The notes under the pieces are model-generated. The model saw nothing but the letters and a program-made list of their open reading frames with translations, was not told where the DNA came from and searched no databases. Below are positions 9,591 through 21,890 of a DNA stretch of 64,000 nucleotides, in pieces. The stretch lies in NCBI GenBank assembly GCA_963813715.1, contig CAWFAK010000007.1:288001-352000 (forward strand), read 5' to 3'. This stretch comes from an uncultured Planctomycetaceae bacterium. Its GTDB lineage: Bacteria; Planctomycetota; Planctomycetia; Planctomycetales; Planctomycetaceae. Position 1 is the stretch's first letter. Each line of letters begins with the position of its first letter. The position numbers and the translations under genes were made by a program.

Positions 9591-10392
9591 ATGACCCAAG
9601 GCAGCGACTACTCCAGCGACACTTTTGCCACGTTCTACGATCATCTCGACGTCTACGTGAATCGCGCCGACGTCGACTTCTTCGTCTCGGAGTCGGTCGC
9701 CGCGCGCGGGCCCGTGCTGGAACTCGGTTGCGGGACCGGACGCGTGCTGCTCCCCTGCGCGGGCCGGCGCCACCATTTGGGGTTTGGACGCTTCAGAATC
9801 GATGCTGGATCGCTGCCGGGGCAAGCTGGCATCCGAGAATGAGGACGTGCGGAATCGAGTGGTGCTCAAGCGCGGCGACATGCGGGACTTCCGCTACGAC
9901 GTCCCGTTCCAACTCGTGACGATTCCGTTCCGCCCCTTCCAACATCTGAACACCGTGGCCGAGCAGCTCGCCTGCCTGGCGTCGATTCACCGCGCCCTGG
10001 CCGAGGGAGGCCGACTGATCCTCGACGTCTTCAATCCGTCCCTTACGGCGCTCGTCGACCAAACGCGGTTGCAGGAGCAATCGAGCGGCGCGCCCTTCAC
10101 CCTGCCCGATGGACGCGTCGTCGAGCGGACCGAGCGGGTCACCGGCCGCGACTACGCGAAGCAAATCGTGTTCGTCGACCTGATCTTTTCCGTGACGCAT
10201 CCCGGCGGCCAGCGCGAGCGGCTCGTGCAGGCGATCCAGATGCGCTACCTGTTCCGATACGAACTCGAGCACCTGTTGGCCCGCAGCGGATTCGAGATCG
10301 TGGCCGCCTATTGCGATTACAAGCGCACGCCTCTCGACGCAGGTCCGGCCCAAGAGCTGGTGTTCGTCGCGCGAAAACCGAGCCGCGGATGA
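9591..10392 (+). CDS. Class I SAM-dependent methyltransferase (apparent frameshift near 9760)
   Basis: VLELGCGTGR motif I, then GLDAS..ML and GDMRDF in the next frame. Confidence 0.85.
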
Positions 10393-11450
10393 CGCTCCGT
10401 GCCGGCGTTCAGGCGAGCAGTCGCGATATCGGATCTCCAGCGAAGATCGACGGCCAATCGTCCCGCGGCGACGTGGGCGCGCAGGGCCCGCGGCCGATCG
10501 TACCGGTCGGAGTCGAGGTCCGCGCGCGTCATGCCGCCGGCACGGAAGGCGTCGTACATTTGCTCGATTCCGTCGGCGACGGTCCAGCGCGGCCGAAAGC
10601 CGGGCACCTCCTGCGCGAGGCGGCTGCAGTCGACGCAATAAGAGCGCCGATCGGCGCCGTTGCCCGGTTCATACTCCAGGCGACTGGGCACCAACTGATG
10701 GATGAGGTCGGCCAACTCGCCGAGGCGGTAATTGTCTTCGGTCCCGCCGACGTTGAAAATTCGGTTGTGGACCAATTGTCGAGGGGCGGCCAGAACGGCT
10801 TCGAATGCGCGGCAAATGTCCTCGACGTGGACAAAGGGCCGCCACGCCAAGCCGTCTCCGCGAAGGATGACGCGTCCGGTTGTCGCCACAGTCGCCACCA
10901 ATTCGTTGAGCGCCAAATCCAACCGCATTCCCGGCGAAACGCCATAAGCCGTCGCGTTGCGGAGGACGGTGGGGCTGAAACTGTCGCTGGCCAGCAAAGC
11001 CAGATTCCGCTCGGCAAGCGCCTTCGACTCGGCATACGAGGTGAGCGGAGTGACAGGCGCATCTTCATCGAGCAGTGCTGATCCCGCGTTGCCGTAGAGG
11101 CTGCACGAGGACGCAAACAGGAAACGCGGCACTCCCGCCTGCTTCGACAGCTCGGCGAGCCGCACCGTGGCCCGCGTGTTGATATCGAGCATCAACTCGC
11201 GGCCCACGCGGCCCAGCGGATCGTTCGACAAGGCGGCCAGGTGGATGACGGCGTCGAGTCCAGCCAGGTCGGCGCGAGTCACGTCGCGGAGGTCGTCGGC
11301 CACGCACGGCACGATCAGTTCCTCATCGTCGAGCGCCGAGTTGCGATAGAGGCCGCTATCGAGGCCGAAAACTTGATGCCGCTGCGCCAAAAGCCGCGGC
11401 ACCAGCAGGCTGCCGATGTAGCCATAACAGCCGGTGACCAGGATCCGCAT
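10317..11450 (-). CDS. NAD-dependent epimerase/dehydratase (extended SDR)
   Basis: ILVTGCYGYIG, IHLAALSND, ASSCSLYG, YAESK. The true 3' end may lie near 10410. Confidence 0.9.
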   Translation of the reverse strand: MRILVTGCYGYIGSLLVPRLLAQRHQVFGLDSGLYRNSALDDEELIVPCVADDLRDVTRADLAGLDAVIHLAALSNDPLGRVGRELMLDINTRATVRLAELSKQAGVPRFLFASSCSLYGNAGSALLDEDAPVTPLTSYAESKALAERNLALLASDSFSPTVLRNATAYGVSPGMRLDLALNELVATVATTGRVILRGDGLAWRPFVHVEDICRAFEAVLAAPRQLVHNRIFNVGGTEDNYRLGELADLIHQLVPSRLEYEPGNGADRRSYCVDCSRLAQEVPGFRPRWTVADGIEQMYDAFRAGGMTRADLDSDRYDRPRALRAHVAAGRLAVDLRWRSDIATARLNAGTERHPRLGFRATNTSSWAGPASRGVRL

Positions 11451-11678
11451 CTCTTAAGGACCTCGCTCGTTGTGTGTCGCGTGTTGGTTTACCGCTCGCA
11501 GGGGGTTCCTTTCACGGTAAGGTGGACGCTGAGCCGCGGAGAAGACGAATTCGGAGGAGGAAGGATCGGCCCGTCGAATGAGCCCGGCCCCGCTACCGAA
11601 CGTTCCGATTGTGCGTGCCCTGAGGAGATGTCGCCGTCGCGCGACAATCGAGACAATTGAGAGCTGATCGGTCCGCGC

Positions 11679-12146
11679 TCAGTCGTCGGCCGGACGGCGG
11701 CGCAACTGCTTGGCGGCCGAACGCTGGCGCTTGTCGGTTAAGCGGCGGCGGCGGGAGCCGGCGGTCGGCCGAGTCGCTTTGCGACGTTTGGGCTGCGCCA
11801 CGGCCCGAGCCAGCATCTCCCGCAGTTTGTCGTAGCAATCCTGAATGTTCTTCGGCTGATCGCGGAAGCGTTGGCTGGTGAGCAGGAAGTCCCCTGCGTC
11901 CGTCATACGGTGCCGATTCTGCTCGACAAAGCGCACACGAACGCGCTCGTCGATGCTGGGCGACTCGAGCACGCGCCAGCGCATCACGGCCTTGCTGTTG
12001 ACCTTATTGACGTTCTGTCCGCCGGGCCCGCCGCTGCGGGCGAAAGTGAAGGAGAATTCGGCAAGCGGAATGCGCACCGCCGGCGGCACGAACAGCACTC
12101 GTTCGTCGTCACCAGCATCCCGCGAATCATCGGAACTCGAGAGCAT
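11679..12146 (-). CDS. arfB: Alternative ribosome rescue peptidyl-tRNA hydrolase ArfB
   Basis: RSGGPGGQNVNKVNSK (GGQ motif) and basic C-terminal tail KRRKATRPT..RRRL..K. Confidence 0.92.
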   Translation of the reverse strand: MLSSSDDSRDAGDDERVLFVPPAVRIPLAEFSFTFARSGGPGGQNVNKVNSKAVMRWRVLESPSIDERVRVRFVEQNRHRMTDAGDFLLTSQRFRDQPKNIQDCYDKLREMLARAVAQPKRRKATRPTAGSRRRRLTDKRQRSAAKQLRRRPADD

Positions 12147-12271
12147 TCAGGGTTTCCCGTCGCGCGAACGTCGACCACTTTATTAGATCACTCTATTAAA
12201 CGGCAGATGCCTCAATTATAGAGGAGCCTGGGTGGCGCTCGATCCTCGACCCATTCAGGAAGGTCCACGAC

Positions 12272-12760
12272 ATGTTTGACCGCGAACTGCGCTTGTACGC
12301 TTTGATGAACGGACTCCTGCAAAAACTGCTCGCCGACGTCGACGAGACGCGGTTCCAGCATCCGTTGTGCGAGGGGGGTAACTCGCCCGCGTGGATCGTC
12401 TCGCATCTGGCCATCGTCAACGATTATTGCCTCAAAAATCTCGGCGACCAGCGGATCGCCCCTGCCGAGTGGCACAAGCGGTTCCGCCCGGGCGCGATGC
12501 CCAAGGACGACACGGCCCCCCGGCCCACCAAGGCCGAACTGTTCGAGGTGCTCGAAAAGGGCCGTCGCCGCATCTTCGAGACGGCCGCCAACGTCGATCC
12601 GGAAAAGATGGATCAGCCGCAAACCTCCGATTTCTTCAAGGATTCGCCGGTGAAGACCATTGGCGACGTGGTCGCCCACCTGCTCACCACGCACTTTGCT
12701 TTTCACGTCGGTCAAATCTCGGCCTGGCGGCGGCTCGAAGGCAAGTCGCACCTCATCTAA
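12272..12760 (+). CDS. DinB/YfiT family protein
   Basis: NSPAWIVSHL and HFAFHVGQI His triad; 162 aa. Confidence 0.85.
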   Translation: MFDRELRLYALMNGLLQKLLADVDETRFQHPLCEGGNSPAWIVSHLAIVNDYCLKNLGDQRIAPAEWHKRFRPGAMPKDDTAPRPTKAELFEVLEKGRRRIFETAANVDPEKMDQPQTSDFFKDSPVKTIGDVVAHLLTTHFAFHVGQISAWRRLEGKSHLI

Positions 12761-12897
12761 AGTCCGACGGACAGCCAGGGACCGATCTTTCCTGCATTCG
12801 CCGATTTGCTAAACTCCGCGCCCAGCGGACGCGGAGGTTGCGGGTGAGGTTCGCGCGCCCCGCGGAATTGCGGCAAACCACAAGGACGTGCGGCGCC

Positions 12898-13648
12898 ATG
12901 TACTGTTCCGAGTGCGGCAAACCGGCCACGCGGGAAGTTCTGTTCCAATTGCGGCACCCCCCTGATGTCTGCCGCAACGGCGGTTTCTGTGGCGGCGCCC
13001 GTCGCCGCGGCAGCGACGGTGCCTACAGTCCCGCCGGCTCCGCACCTGCCGATCTCGGCAGCGATGGCTGTGACGCCGGTCGTCGACGTCCCAGTCGCCA
13101 GCGCCCCGACGGTCAATCCGCCCGTCGTTAACTGGGACCAGGAGTGGCGCTACGAGGAATTGATGAAGGTGCCCGAGGTGCGGCGGATCATCGAACGGCA
13201 CGCCTCGATGGCCCGCACGGCAATCAGCGCCGAGCAATTCTCCAAGTTCGCCGACAAGGTCCTGCAGAATCCGATCCCCTCGGATAAGTTCGCCGCCTTT
13301 GCCCAGCCAATCTTCGGCAGTTTTGGGATCCGCACGGGGAAGGATCGCACCACCGTCGTCGACGCGCCGATCGGTCGCGTGATGTTGCGCGTGCTCTGCT
13401 CGCTGGCCCGCCACGGCCAGTCGTTACGGGGCGTCCAGCAAGGACCGGACGGCTGCAGCTTTACGGCCGTGCTGCCTTCGGACCCAATGTCCCTCGAGGG
13501 CGAGGTGTCCGTCATCGTTCGTCGCCGCGAAACGCGCTCGAGCAAGCTGACGGCCGCCATGAAGATCACCGGCCAGCTCTACGATTGGGGCAAGTGCCGC
13601 CGGGCCCTCGACGCGTTCTTCGCGGACATGCAAGTCGACCCCGCCTGA
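12898..13648 (+). CDS. Zinc-ribbon domain protein (apparent frameshift near 12930)
   Basis: ATG 12898 gives MYCSECGKP; the next frame gives GKFCSNCGTP, then a Pro/Ala linker and a globular domain. Confidence 0.7.
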
Positions 13649-13808
13649 TCAGGGTCAGTCGTCGCTCGTCCGCGCCGTCACCTGTCGACGCCCGCATGTC
13701 GGCCGCCGGAATGGAACGGTCCGCCTCCAAAGCGTAAGCTCGGTGTGCCCGTGCAACGAAGTTGCTCCGTGGCTGCCCCCCGAACGCGCTTCCGAGAGGA
13801 CCACTCCC

Positions 13809-15405
13809 ATGTCGCAACGAATCAATCGCCGGACTGCGCTCGTCCGCTGCGCGCAGCTGGCCTCCGCCGGCGCTGCCGGGAGTTTGCTGCCGCACACAGT
13901 CACCGGCACCCAAACGTCCGCGTCGATGTCCGTGACAGTGTTACTCAACGAGCCGACCGGCTGGATCAAGCCGGCGCTCTACGGCCAGTTCACCGAGCAC
14001 ATCGGCGGCGTGGTTTACGACGGCATCTGGGTCGGGCCGAATTCGAAGGTGCCGAACATCGACGGCATTCGCCGCGCGCTGGTCGAACACGTCCGGCGGT
14101 TGGGGAAAATCGTGATCCGCTGGCCGGGCGGCTGCTTCGCCGACGCCTACGATTGGCGCGACGGCATCGGACCGCGCGAAAAGCGGCCACGCCGTTTCGG
14201 CCGCTGGGAAGAAGTCACCGAGTCGAACCAGTTCGGCACGCACGAGTTCATCAAATTCTGTCGGCTGTGCGGCGCGGAGCCGTATCTGGCCGGCAACGTC
14301 GGCACAGGGACGCCCGAGCAATTTCAGCGGTGGGTTGAATACTGCAATGCTCCGGCGGGCGCAACGTCGCTGGCCGACGAGCGGGTGGCCAACGGCGACC
14401 GCGATCCGTTCCGCGTCCACTATTGGGGTGTCGGCAACGAGAGCTGGGGCTGCGGCGGCAAGTTCACGCCCGAGGATTATTGCACGCAGTACCGCCGTTT
14501 CACGGAGTGGCTGCCCGGCTACGGCGTGCCACTCTACCTCATCGCGTCGGGACCAAACGGCAACGACCTCGACTGGACGCGGCGGTTCTTCAAAAAGTGG
14601 AGCGACTACGCCCGCGCGCCGCTCTCCGGCTGGGCCGCACACTACTACTGCGGCACGACCGGCCACGCGCTCAAGTTCACGCTCGACCAGTGGTACGAAA
14701 TGCTGGAGAAGGCCAACCGCATGGAGCGGCTGATCGTCGATCAGTGGGCCGCCATGGGCGAATTCGATCGGGCCCACAAGGTCAAACTGCTGATCGACGA
14801 ATGGGGCTGCTGGCATCCGAAGGGCACGGAGCTCAACCCGCACCACCTATTCGAACAGAAGTCGTGCCTCCGCGATGCGCTGTGTGCCGCCCTCACGCTC
14901 GACACGTTCAATCGCCATGCCGAGAAGATCGATATGGCGAACGTGGCGCAGCTCGTGAACAACATCCACACGCTATTCCACGCCGACGGCGACAAATTCG
15001 TCGCCACGCCCAACTTTTACGTCTTCGAGATGTACCGCCCGCACCAGGACACGCGCGGCGTGCGGATGGACGTGCAGGCTCCGGCGGTCAAGTTTCACGC
15101 CGGACATGAGCAGCAGATCTTCCGCGTGGCGGGATCGGCGTCGCGGGCGGACCGCAAGTTGACCGTCACGCTCGTCCACACGCACGCGAGCGAACCGGCC
15201 GAGGTTTCGTTCTCAATCCGCGGCGGCTCGGCCGATCACGTCGAACAGACGGTGCTCACACACAGAGACGCTCAGCGCGCACAACACATTCGAGAGTCCG
15301 CACGAAGTGGTGCCGCAAACGTCGAGCACGCCGCACCGCGGGGCGACGTTCACGTGCGTCCTGCCGCCGGCGTCGGTGAATCGATTGGACGTTGCGATTG
15401 CCTGA
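13809..15405 (+). CDS. GH51 alpha-L-arabinofuranosidase, Tat-exported (apparent frameshift near 15265)
   Basis: INRRTAL twin-Arg; YGQFTEH, RWPGGCFAD, WGVGNE, DEWG, MANVAQLVN; C-terminus AHNTFESP..LPPASV in the shifted frame. Confidence 0.92.
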
Positions 15406-15450
15406 TGACGCCCGAAGAGCGGATCCGCTTCGACCCAGCAGAGACGAGCC

Positions 15451-16122
15451 GTGACCAGCCTGACCGTCGAGAATTACCTCAAGGCGATCCTGCAGATCTC
15501 ACTCGAGAGCGGCAGCACATCGGTCTCGACGGGTGAAGTTGCCGCCGCGCTCGGCGTACTGCCGGGAACTGTCACCAGCATGCTCAAGACGCTGGACGAG
15601 GGGAAGCTCGCCAAGTACACGCCCTACGAGGGGGTCGTTCTCACCGCCGCGGGTCGAAAGGCAGCAATGCGGATTCTGCGCCGGCATCGCCTCATCGAGT
15701 CGTTCCTGGTGAAAACGCTCGATCTCCCGTGGGACGAGGTCCACGGTGAAGCGGAAAATATGGAGCACGCGGTCAGCGACCAGCTCATCGATCGGATTGA
15801 CGAGTTCCTCGGACGCCCACAGTACGATCCGCACGGCGATCCGATTCCGACGGCCGAGTGCAAGCTCCCGGCCCAACGCCAGACGGCCACCCCACTCACC
15901 GAGTGTGCGGCGGCAGCGCGGATCAAGATCGGGCGCGTGATCAACCAGGCACCGGAGTTCCTCCGCTTTCTCTCGGCGTCCGGCATTGCGGTTGGAAGCG
16001 TCGCCACGGTTGTGTCGAACACGCCCGAGGCTGGAATCGTGCGTCTCGATCTCGGGCGACGCACGGTCGACCTCGGTTATTCAGCCGCAGGACAGTTGCT
16101 GGTCGAGCCCATCAAGCGCTGA
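15451..16122 (+). CDS. DtxR/MntR family metal-dependent regulator with FeoA domain
   Basis: TVENYLKAI, HTH GTVTSMLK, RRHRLIESFL, EAENMEH, DPHGDPIP. Confidence 0.93.
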   Translation: MTSLTVENYLKAILQISLESGSTSVSTGEVAAALGVLPGTVTSMLKTLDEGKLAKYTPYEGVVLTAAGRKAAMRILRRHRLIESFLVKTLDLPWDEVHGEAENMEHAVSDQLIDRIDEFLGRPQYDPHGDPIPTAECKLPAQRQTATPLTECAAAARIKIGRVINQAPEFLRFLSASGIAVGSVATVVSNTPEAGIVRLDLGRRTVDLGYSAAGQLLVEPIKR

Positions 16123-16198
16123 TCTGCGTCAGGCGGTCAGCTTCCAGCACGCCCGTTCTCCGATTCTCGGTTGGACTTGACAATTCGAGCGCCAGAGA

Positions 16199-16214
16199 TT
16201 TTGATTAGTCAAAA
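16199..16214. promoter_or_regulatory. Candidate MntR/DtxR operator
   Basis: Near-perfect palindrome TTTTGATTAGTCAAAA located 16 nt after a TTGACA (16177-16182), in an AT-rich intergenic region. Confidence 0.5.
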
Positions 16215-16273
16215 ATTGTGATTTGATTAACTGCATTTGTTACATTTGACAATATGAAAAATGAGAGGTGGGC

Positions 16274-17376
16274 ATGGGCAGACTCGGCGTTCGACACAGT
16301 TCGCGCGGCGGTTTTACGCTGATCGAGCTGCTCGTGGTGATCGCGATCGTCGGAATTCTGGCGGGGCTGCTGTTGCCCGCCGTGCAGGCCGCCCGCGAAT
16401 CCGCGCGGCGGATCCAGTGCGTCAACAACCTCAAGCAAATCGGCTTGGCGCTCCATCACTACGCGGACGCCAACCTCTGCTTTCCGCCCTCGTACGTTCA
16501 AGGATCCGCGACTGCGACCGGCGTCTCTTATGGCATCAAGGTCCCCGATTTGGGCTACAACAACGTGAACGGATGGGGGTGGGGCGTCCTGATCCTGCCC
16601 TACCTCGAACAGGGCAACCTCCTTCAGAAGTTCAGAATCAACCTCCCGTGCTGGGCAACGGAAAACGCGACGGCTGTCCAGACCCAAGTCTCGGTGTACC
16701 TCTGCCCTTCGTCGTCAAAGCCCGGCGCCTTCGACCCGTTCGCGCTGCAACAGTACACGGCAGGCACTAACGAAGACCCTCTGAATCCGGCTCCGTACGA
16801 CCCCCCGATCTTATTTTCGCACGGCCACTACGCGCTCAACGCGGGTCAAAACGGGCCTTGGAATCGCACCAGCGCGTATTCCCTCGATTTCACGGTTCCG
16901 GAACCCGTTACAGTTGGCTCCCAAGTCGAATTTGACATTATCAACGGGCCGTTCTACCGGAATTCCCATACGCGCCGCGCGACGTCACCGATGGCTTGTC
17001 GCAGACCGTCTTCGCCGGAGAAGCGGACCCCATCCTGTGCAACAAGACCTGGGTCGGCGTCGTTCCCTGGAGCATTATTCCGCCGCAGGTCCCGCCCATC
17101 GGGATCGGCGACACCAATAGCGGCGGTTGCCTGGTCGGCGTTCACAGCGGCCCCGACGTGCACGACCATCCGAACATCATCATCCACCCGCCCGACGATC
17201 CCTTCGGACATACGGACGAAATGTACTCGGAGCATGCCGGTCAAACCGGCGGCAATGTCCTGTTTGGGGACGGTTCGGTCCGGTTCATCAGTGCGTTCAT
17301 CGACCAGGACACGTGGTGGTTTCTGTCGACGATGAACGGCGGCGACACCCCAGACTTGTCGACCTTGGAGGAGTGA
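16274..17376 (+). CDS. DUF1559 prepilin-type protein with H-X9-DG-like C-terminus (apparent frameshift near 16975)
   Basis: [42 protein letters not shown]-terminal [18 protein letters not shown]. Confidence 0.93.
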
Positions 17377-17439
17377 CTAGCCCGTGCGAATTCGGGTTCG
17401 CCGCCGAAATCGGCGCGGCCGGCAAGGGAAGTTGAGAAA

Positions 17440-17786
17440 ATGGCCGACGAAAAAAACGTGAGAAGAGCGGCTGTTGCGGCGACTGGCGTTGTGCGCTGCT
17501 GCTGGGGACCTGGTTTGCCTATTGGGACCGGACTCCCCAGGTCGGGGGGGACAAAGAGAGCCTGAAGGCCGTCGAAGCACTTTACACCGCCGTCAGTTCC
17601 CGCGACACGTCGCGACTGACGCATTGCGAAGAGCAACTGCACGCACTGAGGGATCAGGGGAGATTACCACGTGCGGCCGCCGACTATCTCGACGGCCTGA
17701 TTAGCACGGCGCGAGGAGGCAATTGGAAGGGAGCGACGCACAAGATTTTCGACTTCATGAGAGCGCAGCGCCCTCCCGAAGCATGA
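17440..17786 (+). CDS. Small membrane-anchored hypothetical protein (apparent frameshift near 17495)
   Basis: Manual translation: MADEKNVRRAAVAATGVV / ALLLGTWFAYWDRTPQVGGDKESLKAVEALYTAVSSRD...FMRAQRPPEA. Confidence 0.6.
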
Positions 17787-17886
17787 AGCCCCTTCACGGA
17801 TCGCCGAGTGACGATGGCCCACATCGCGGCCGCGGAAGCGCTTGTGCGCCGCCGTGAGCGATCCGAGTCGCGGACGCGCCTGGAAA

Positions 17887-18855
17887 TCACCCTCGCGTAG
17901 CCACCCCCAGCTTGAACAGCCTCTCTGCATTGATGTGCCCGATCTTTTCGCGGTCGGCCGGGCTGATCGGCGCGTCGTTCAGGAACGCGACGGCCTCCTT
18001 GGAGTCGGCGAACGGATAGTCGACTGAAAAGAGGATGTGGTCGACGCCGAATACCGACAGCGCGCATTGCAGCGGCGGGACGGTCGTGTAGCCGCAGGTG
18101 GTCAGGTGCACGTGCTCGCGGACCGTATCGGCGATCGACGGGCGACCGACGCGCAGGCGGCTCATGGCGAAGTCGGCTCACATCAGCGAGAACGGCAGGT
18201 TCTCGCCCATGTGGCCGACGACGACTTGCAGCCGCGGGTGACGGTCGAACACTCCTCCCAAAACCATCCGCAGCACGTGCAGGCCGGTTTCGGCATGCCA
18301 GCCCCAGCCGGCCGACCCAAGTGCCACGGCCGTCATCGGCTCCAAGCCGCTGAAATAGATGTCGGCAACGCCTTTCGGCGGGTAGGTCGGGTGCAGGTAC
18401 ATTGGCACGCCGAGCCGCTCGATCGCCGCCAGCATCGGCTCGAACTCGGGCGCGTCGAGAAAGCGCCCCTGCGTGTGCCCATTAATGATGATGCCACAGA
18501 AGCCAAGTTCCTCGACGGCTCGGCACGCCTCCGCGGCGGCCGCTGCCGGATCCGGCGTCGGCAGGCTTGCCAGCGCGTTGAACCGCGTCGGATGCGATTT
18601 CATGGCCGCGGCGGCGTAGTCGTTGAACTTGCGGGCGAGCGAAACAGCTTCGGCCGTGCCGACCTGCTGCGAACCGGGCGCAACCGCGGAGAGGACCTGG
18701 ACTTCGATCCCCGCGGCGTCCATCGCCTTGAGCCGTCCGTCGCCGACGTCGGCGAGCGCGTCGACGATAAACGGTGGCGGCTTCACGACGTTGCCAAAAG
18801 CGGCGCCGACGTCCTCGGCCGGCAGCATGTGCTCCTCGAGCGTGATCAGCCTCAT
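17887..18855 (-). CDS. Amidohydrolase_2 family protein (ACMSD/aromatic acid decarboxylase-like; apparent frameshift near 18175)
   Basis: ITLEEH, YLHP, GWGWH, GHMGE, LFSVDYP. Confidence 0.9.
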
Positions 18856-18880
18856 GGTCGACTCCCTTTGTAGAGAGGGT

Positions 18881-20448
18881 TCACGGCTTGGATGACGGTG
18901 GCAAAACGCGTTCCTCGATCCAGCCCCGGACGACTTCCATTCCAAACCGCTGGAGCTGTTTCAGCAGCGTTTTGATCCGGTCGCGGTCGAGATCCTGCTC
19001 GTAGGCCCGCAACAGCGCGCCCGACTGGGCCTCGCCCAGGATCGAAATCAGCGCCGGCATCAGTTCTTCAAGAATGCCCCACGCGCGGTCCTTCGCCACG
19101 TCGGAGCAGACGGGGACTACCGTCGCAAGCGAGCTGCCGAACAGCTCGCGGACGTACGCGACGGCGTCGTGCATCGCCTGCTCTTTGGGCCGCGTCGGCT
19201 CTCGCCATTCGTAGGGGGGTGTCCACTCCAGCACGGGACGCAGCAAGTCGACGTGCGTGACGATGCCCAGCATGGGCGGCCGCTTGAGCTGCGGCTGCGA
19301 CTGGTACCACGCGGCCACGTCGCCGAGCGTGCGGCGGTCGGCTTCGCGGGCCGGCGAGTGTCCGTCCATCACCACGAGCACGGCGTGCGATTCGCGCAAG
19401 GCCTCGCGGATCTCCTCCAACTGCTCAGCCGAGGCCCCGGCTTCGCCGTATCCGGGCGTGTCCAACAAGCGTGACGCGGACCGGCGGAGTGCCGAAGCTC
19501 GCCTGGTAGCGGTGGACCTCGCGCGTTTTCGGCAGCAGGTCGACGGCCGCCTGATGCACGCCGGTGAGCGCGTTGATCAGGCTCGACTTGCCCGAGCTGA
19601 CTTGTCCGACGAGGGCCACGTTCACCGTCTGGGCGCCGGACGGAGCGAACGACTCTTGCTCGCCCTCCTCCGCGGTATGCCCTCCACCGGACTGAAAATG
19701 TCGGCGGTACGCATCGGCCCCGCCGCGGAGCCGGCCGCTGTTCATCTCGATCAGGTAAAAGCCCATCTCGCGGATGAAGCGCAAATAGATCACCGCCAGC
19801 ACTTCGGTTTGCAGCTCGGTCGTGATCGGGTCGGCCGTCATCCGCGAGGTCCACAGCCGGGCGATGTTGGCCGGATTCATCAGGATCGAGGCGGCCCAGG
19901 TCGTGTTCTGGATGCGGCGAATCCACTTGGGAGCATGCTGCAACGACTGCCACTGCTTGATCGACAAGAGGCGGCTGCCGGGCAGCGAAGTCAGCAGCCA
20001 CTGCTCCATGTCGTCGAGGGCCAACCGCACGGCGGCCAGCACTTCGGGCACGGTCAGCGACGAAAACGGGTCGGCGGCGTCGGGAAAATAATTTCGCGCA
20101 AGGGCCGTCGCCAGCTTTTGGGCCTGCTGGCGATAAAAGTCGGGATCGGTGAGCTCCGCGGGCGTGAGTTGATCGACTTGTTGTTGAAACTCCCGGACGA
20201 TCAGCGCCGCCCTGCTCGTCCCGCGGAGTCCAATGCGGCGCGATCGGAACGGCGTGCCCCAGCCGCAGCGGGTGTCCCGCCCGCCAGAATTGCCCGAGCA
20301 GCCAGGCCGCGAGCCAAAAGAGGGGCGCGACCCACCACGCCCTGCGCAACAGGCCCGTCTCCCACAGGGCAAACCCGCCGAGCACGCCGTAAATCACCAC
20401 CGGCAGGAAGACGAGGAGGCCGATGACCGCCGAGCGCCGTGAAATCAC
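18881..20448 (-). CDS. Membrane-anchored GTPase (Era/YeeP/YcjF-like), several apparent frameshifts
   Basis: N-terminal TM helices; G1 GQVSSGKSS, G3 DTPG, G4-like THVD across three partial ORFs. Confidence 0.75.
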
Positions 20449-21621
20449 GCGTGGGTCTCCGACATCGTGGTCTTCCAGAGGGCGACGCCTTTGCGCAATT
20501 GTTCCTGATACATTTCACGCAGCTCGCTGGCGTCAGGCACGTGACCTTTGCGGACCTCCAAAAAGTACCAGTTCCAGACCCAGCCCGAGGCATACATGAA
20601 GGCAAACGCCGCCGCCGCGTTGGCGGCCATTCCCACCCAGGGAATGAATTTCAACAACTCGCGCAGGCCCATCGCAGCGCCACGCGTCCGCCCATCGCCA
20701 CCGTGACGTGCGCGAGCGCGGCCGCGTCGAGGTGCTGCTGGTTGACGCGGGCCAACCGATGGGCGAGGTGCGACTGAATCGCCATCACCACGGGCAAATC
20801 GATCCACGGAACGGGGACCGCCGCAGCCGACGCTGCCAGCACGCTGTGCGCCAGGATGATCGGCAGCGAGCGCTCCTGTTGAATCTCGAGCAGGGCCTCG
20901 CGCAGGTGATCCATCTGCAGCAGCGTTTGGCGATAGGCGCTCGGCAACAGATCGAGGATCGGCCGTCTTCAGCCGCGGCCCGCCGAACTCCGGCGTGGCG
21001 AAGCCTTCGTCGGCCGGCGTCAGATCGACCGGGACGGCCCGATCGAACAGCCCGTCGAAGCGATCGTACTGCGCCTGCAGACAGCGGCGGAGATCCTCAC
21101 CGACCGAGGCGGGCAGCGGCCGGGGCGACGAGTCGAACGGATCCGGGTCGGGATGTTGTTGTCCCACGTAAGCGTCGTGCAGGCAGGTGACGGCCAACAG
21201 CACGGGCCGCTCGGCGTTGGCTTTGCGGATCTGCTTGAGTGGTTGCACGACCTCCTCGGTGGCCTGGTCGGTGGCGCGAACGGTGACGATCAAGAGGTGC
21301 GTCTTCGCGTCGAATTGGGCCGAGATCCTCGCTCGCGTCGTAGCCGGCCTCGCCCAGACCCCGCGTGTCGAGAAACTGGACGACGGGGACGTCAGCGTCG
21401 GGGAAGCTGAAGAGCCGCGAGTGTCGCGTTTGCGGACGAAATCCCCGGCCGATTTCGGCGTCGGCCGCCCCGGTGAGGTAGCGGACGATCGAAGTCTTTC
21501 CACTCCCCGTCTTGCCCAGCAGCCACAGGCAGGGAATGGGGGCGTTGGCCAGCAGCGCGGAACGGCGGCGGAGGAACTCGTCCTTACGCTCGGGTCCGAA
21601 GAACTTCCAGGGATTCCACAT
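20445..21621 (-). CDS. GTPase with YcjF/DUF697-like C-terminus, several apparent frameshifts
   Basis: G1 GKTGSGKT, G3 DTRG; C-terminal AVPVPWIDLP and LLKFIPWVG. Confidence 0.75.
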
Positions 21622-21890
21622 GCCGTTCGTGGGTCGCGAGATAGGGAGAGTTTGAACGTCGCGGCCGGCCGCGGGTTCACGGAATTCTCAGTTCCGGGGG
21701 TGCCGAGAACAAGCCTGCGTTTGCCAGCGGGTGGGGTGATCGCGAATAATCGGGGATGATCGTCAATAATCGAGGCTGTGCGGCGCCGCCGTAAGGGCAG
21801 CGCCCGGCCCGCGTGCGGAGCTTGTCTCCGGAACCGTTGGGCTTGTCGCATCATTCCGGGTCGCATAAAAGACCCAGACTGCGCAGTCCC

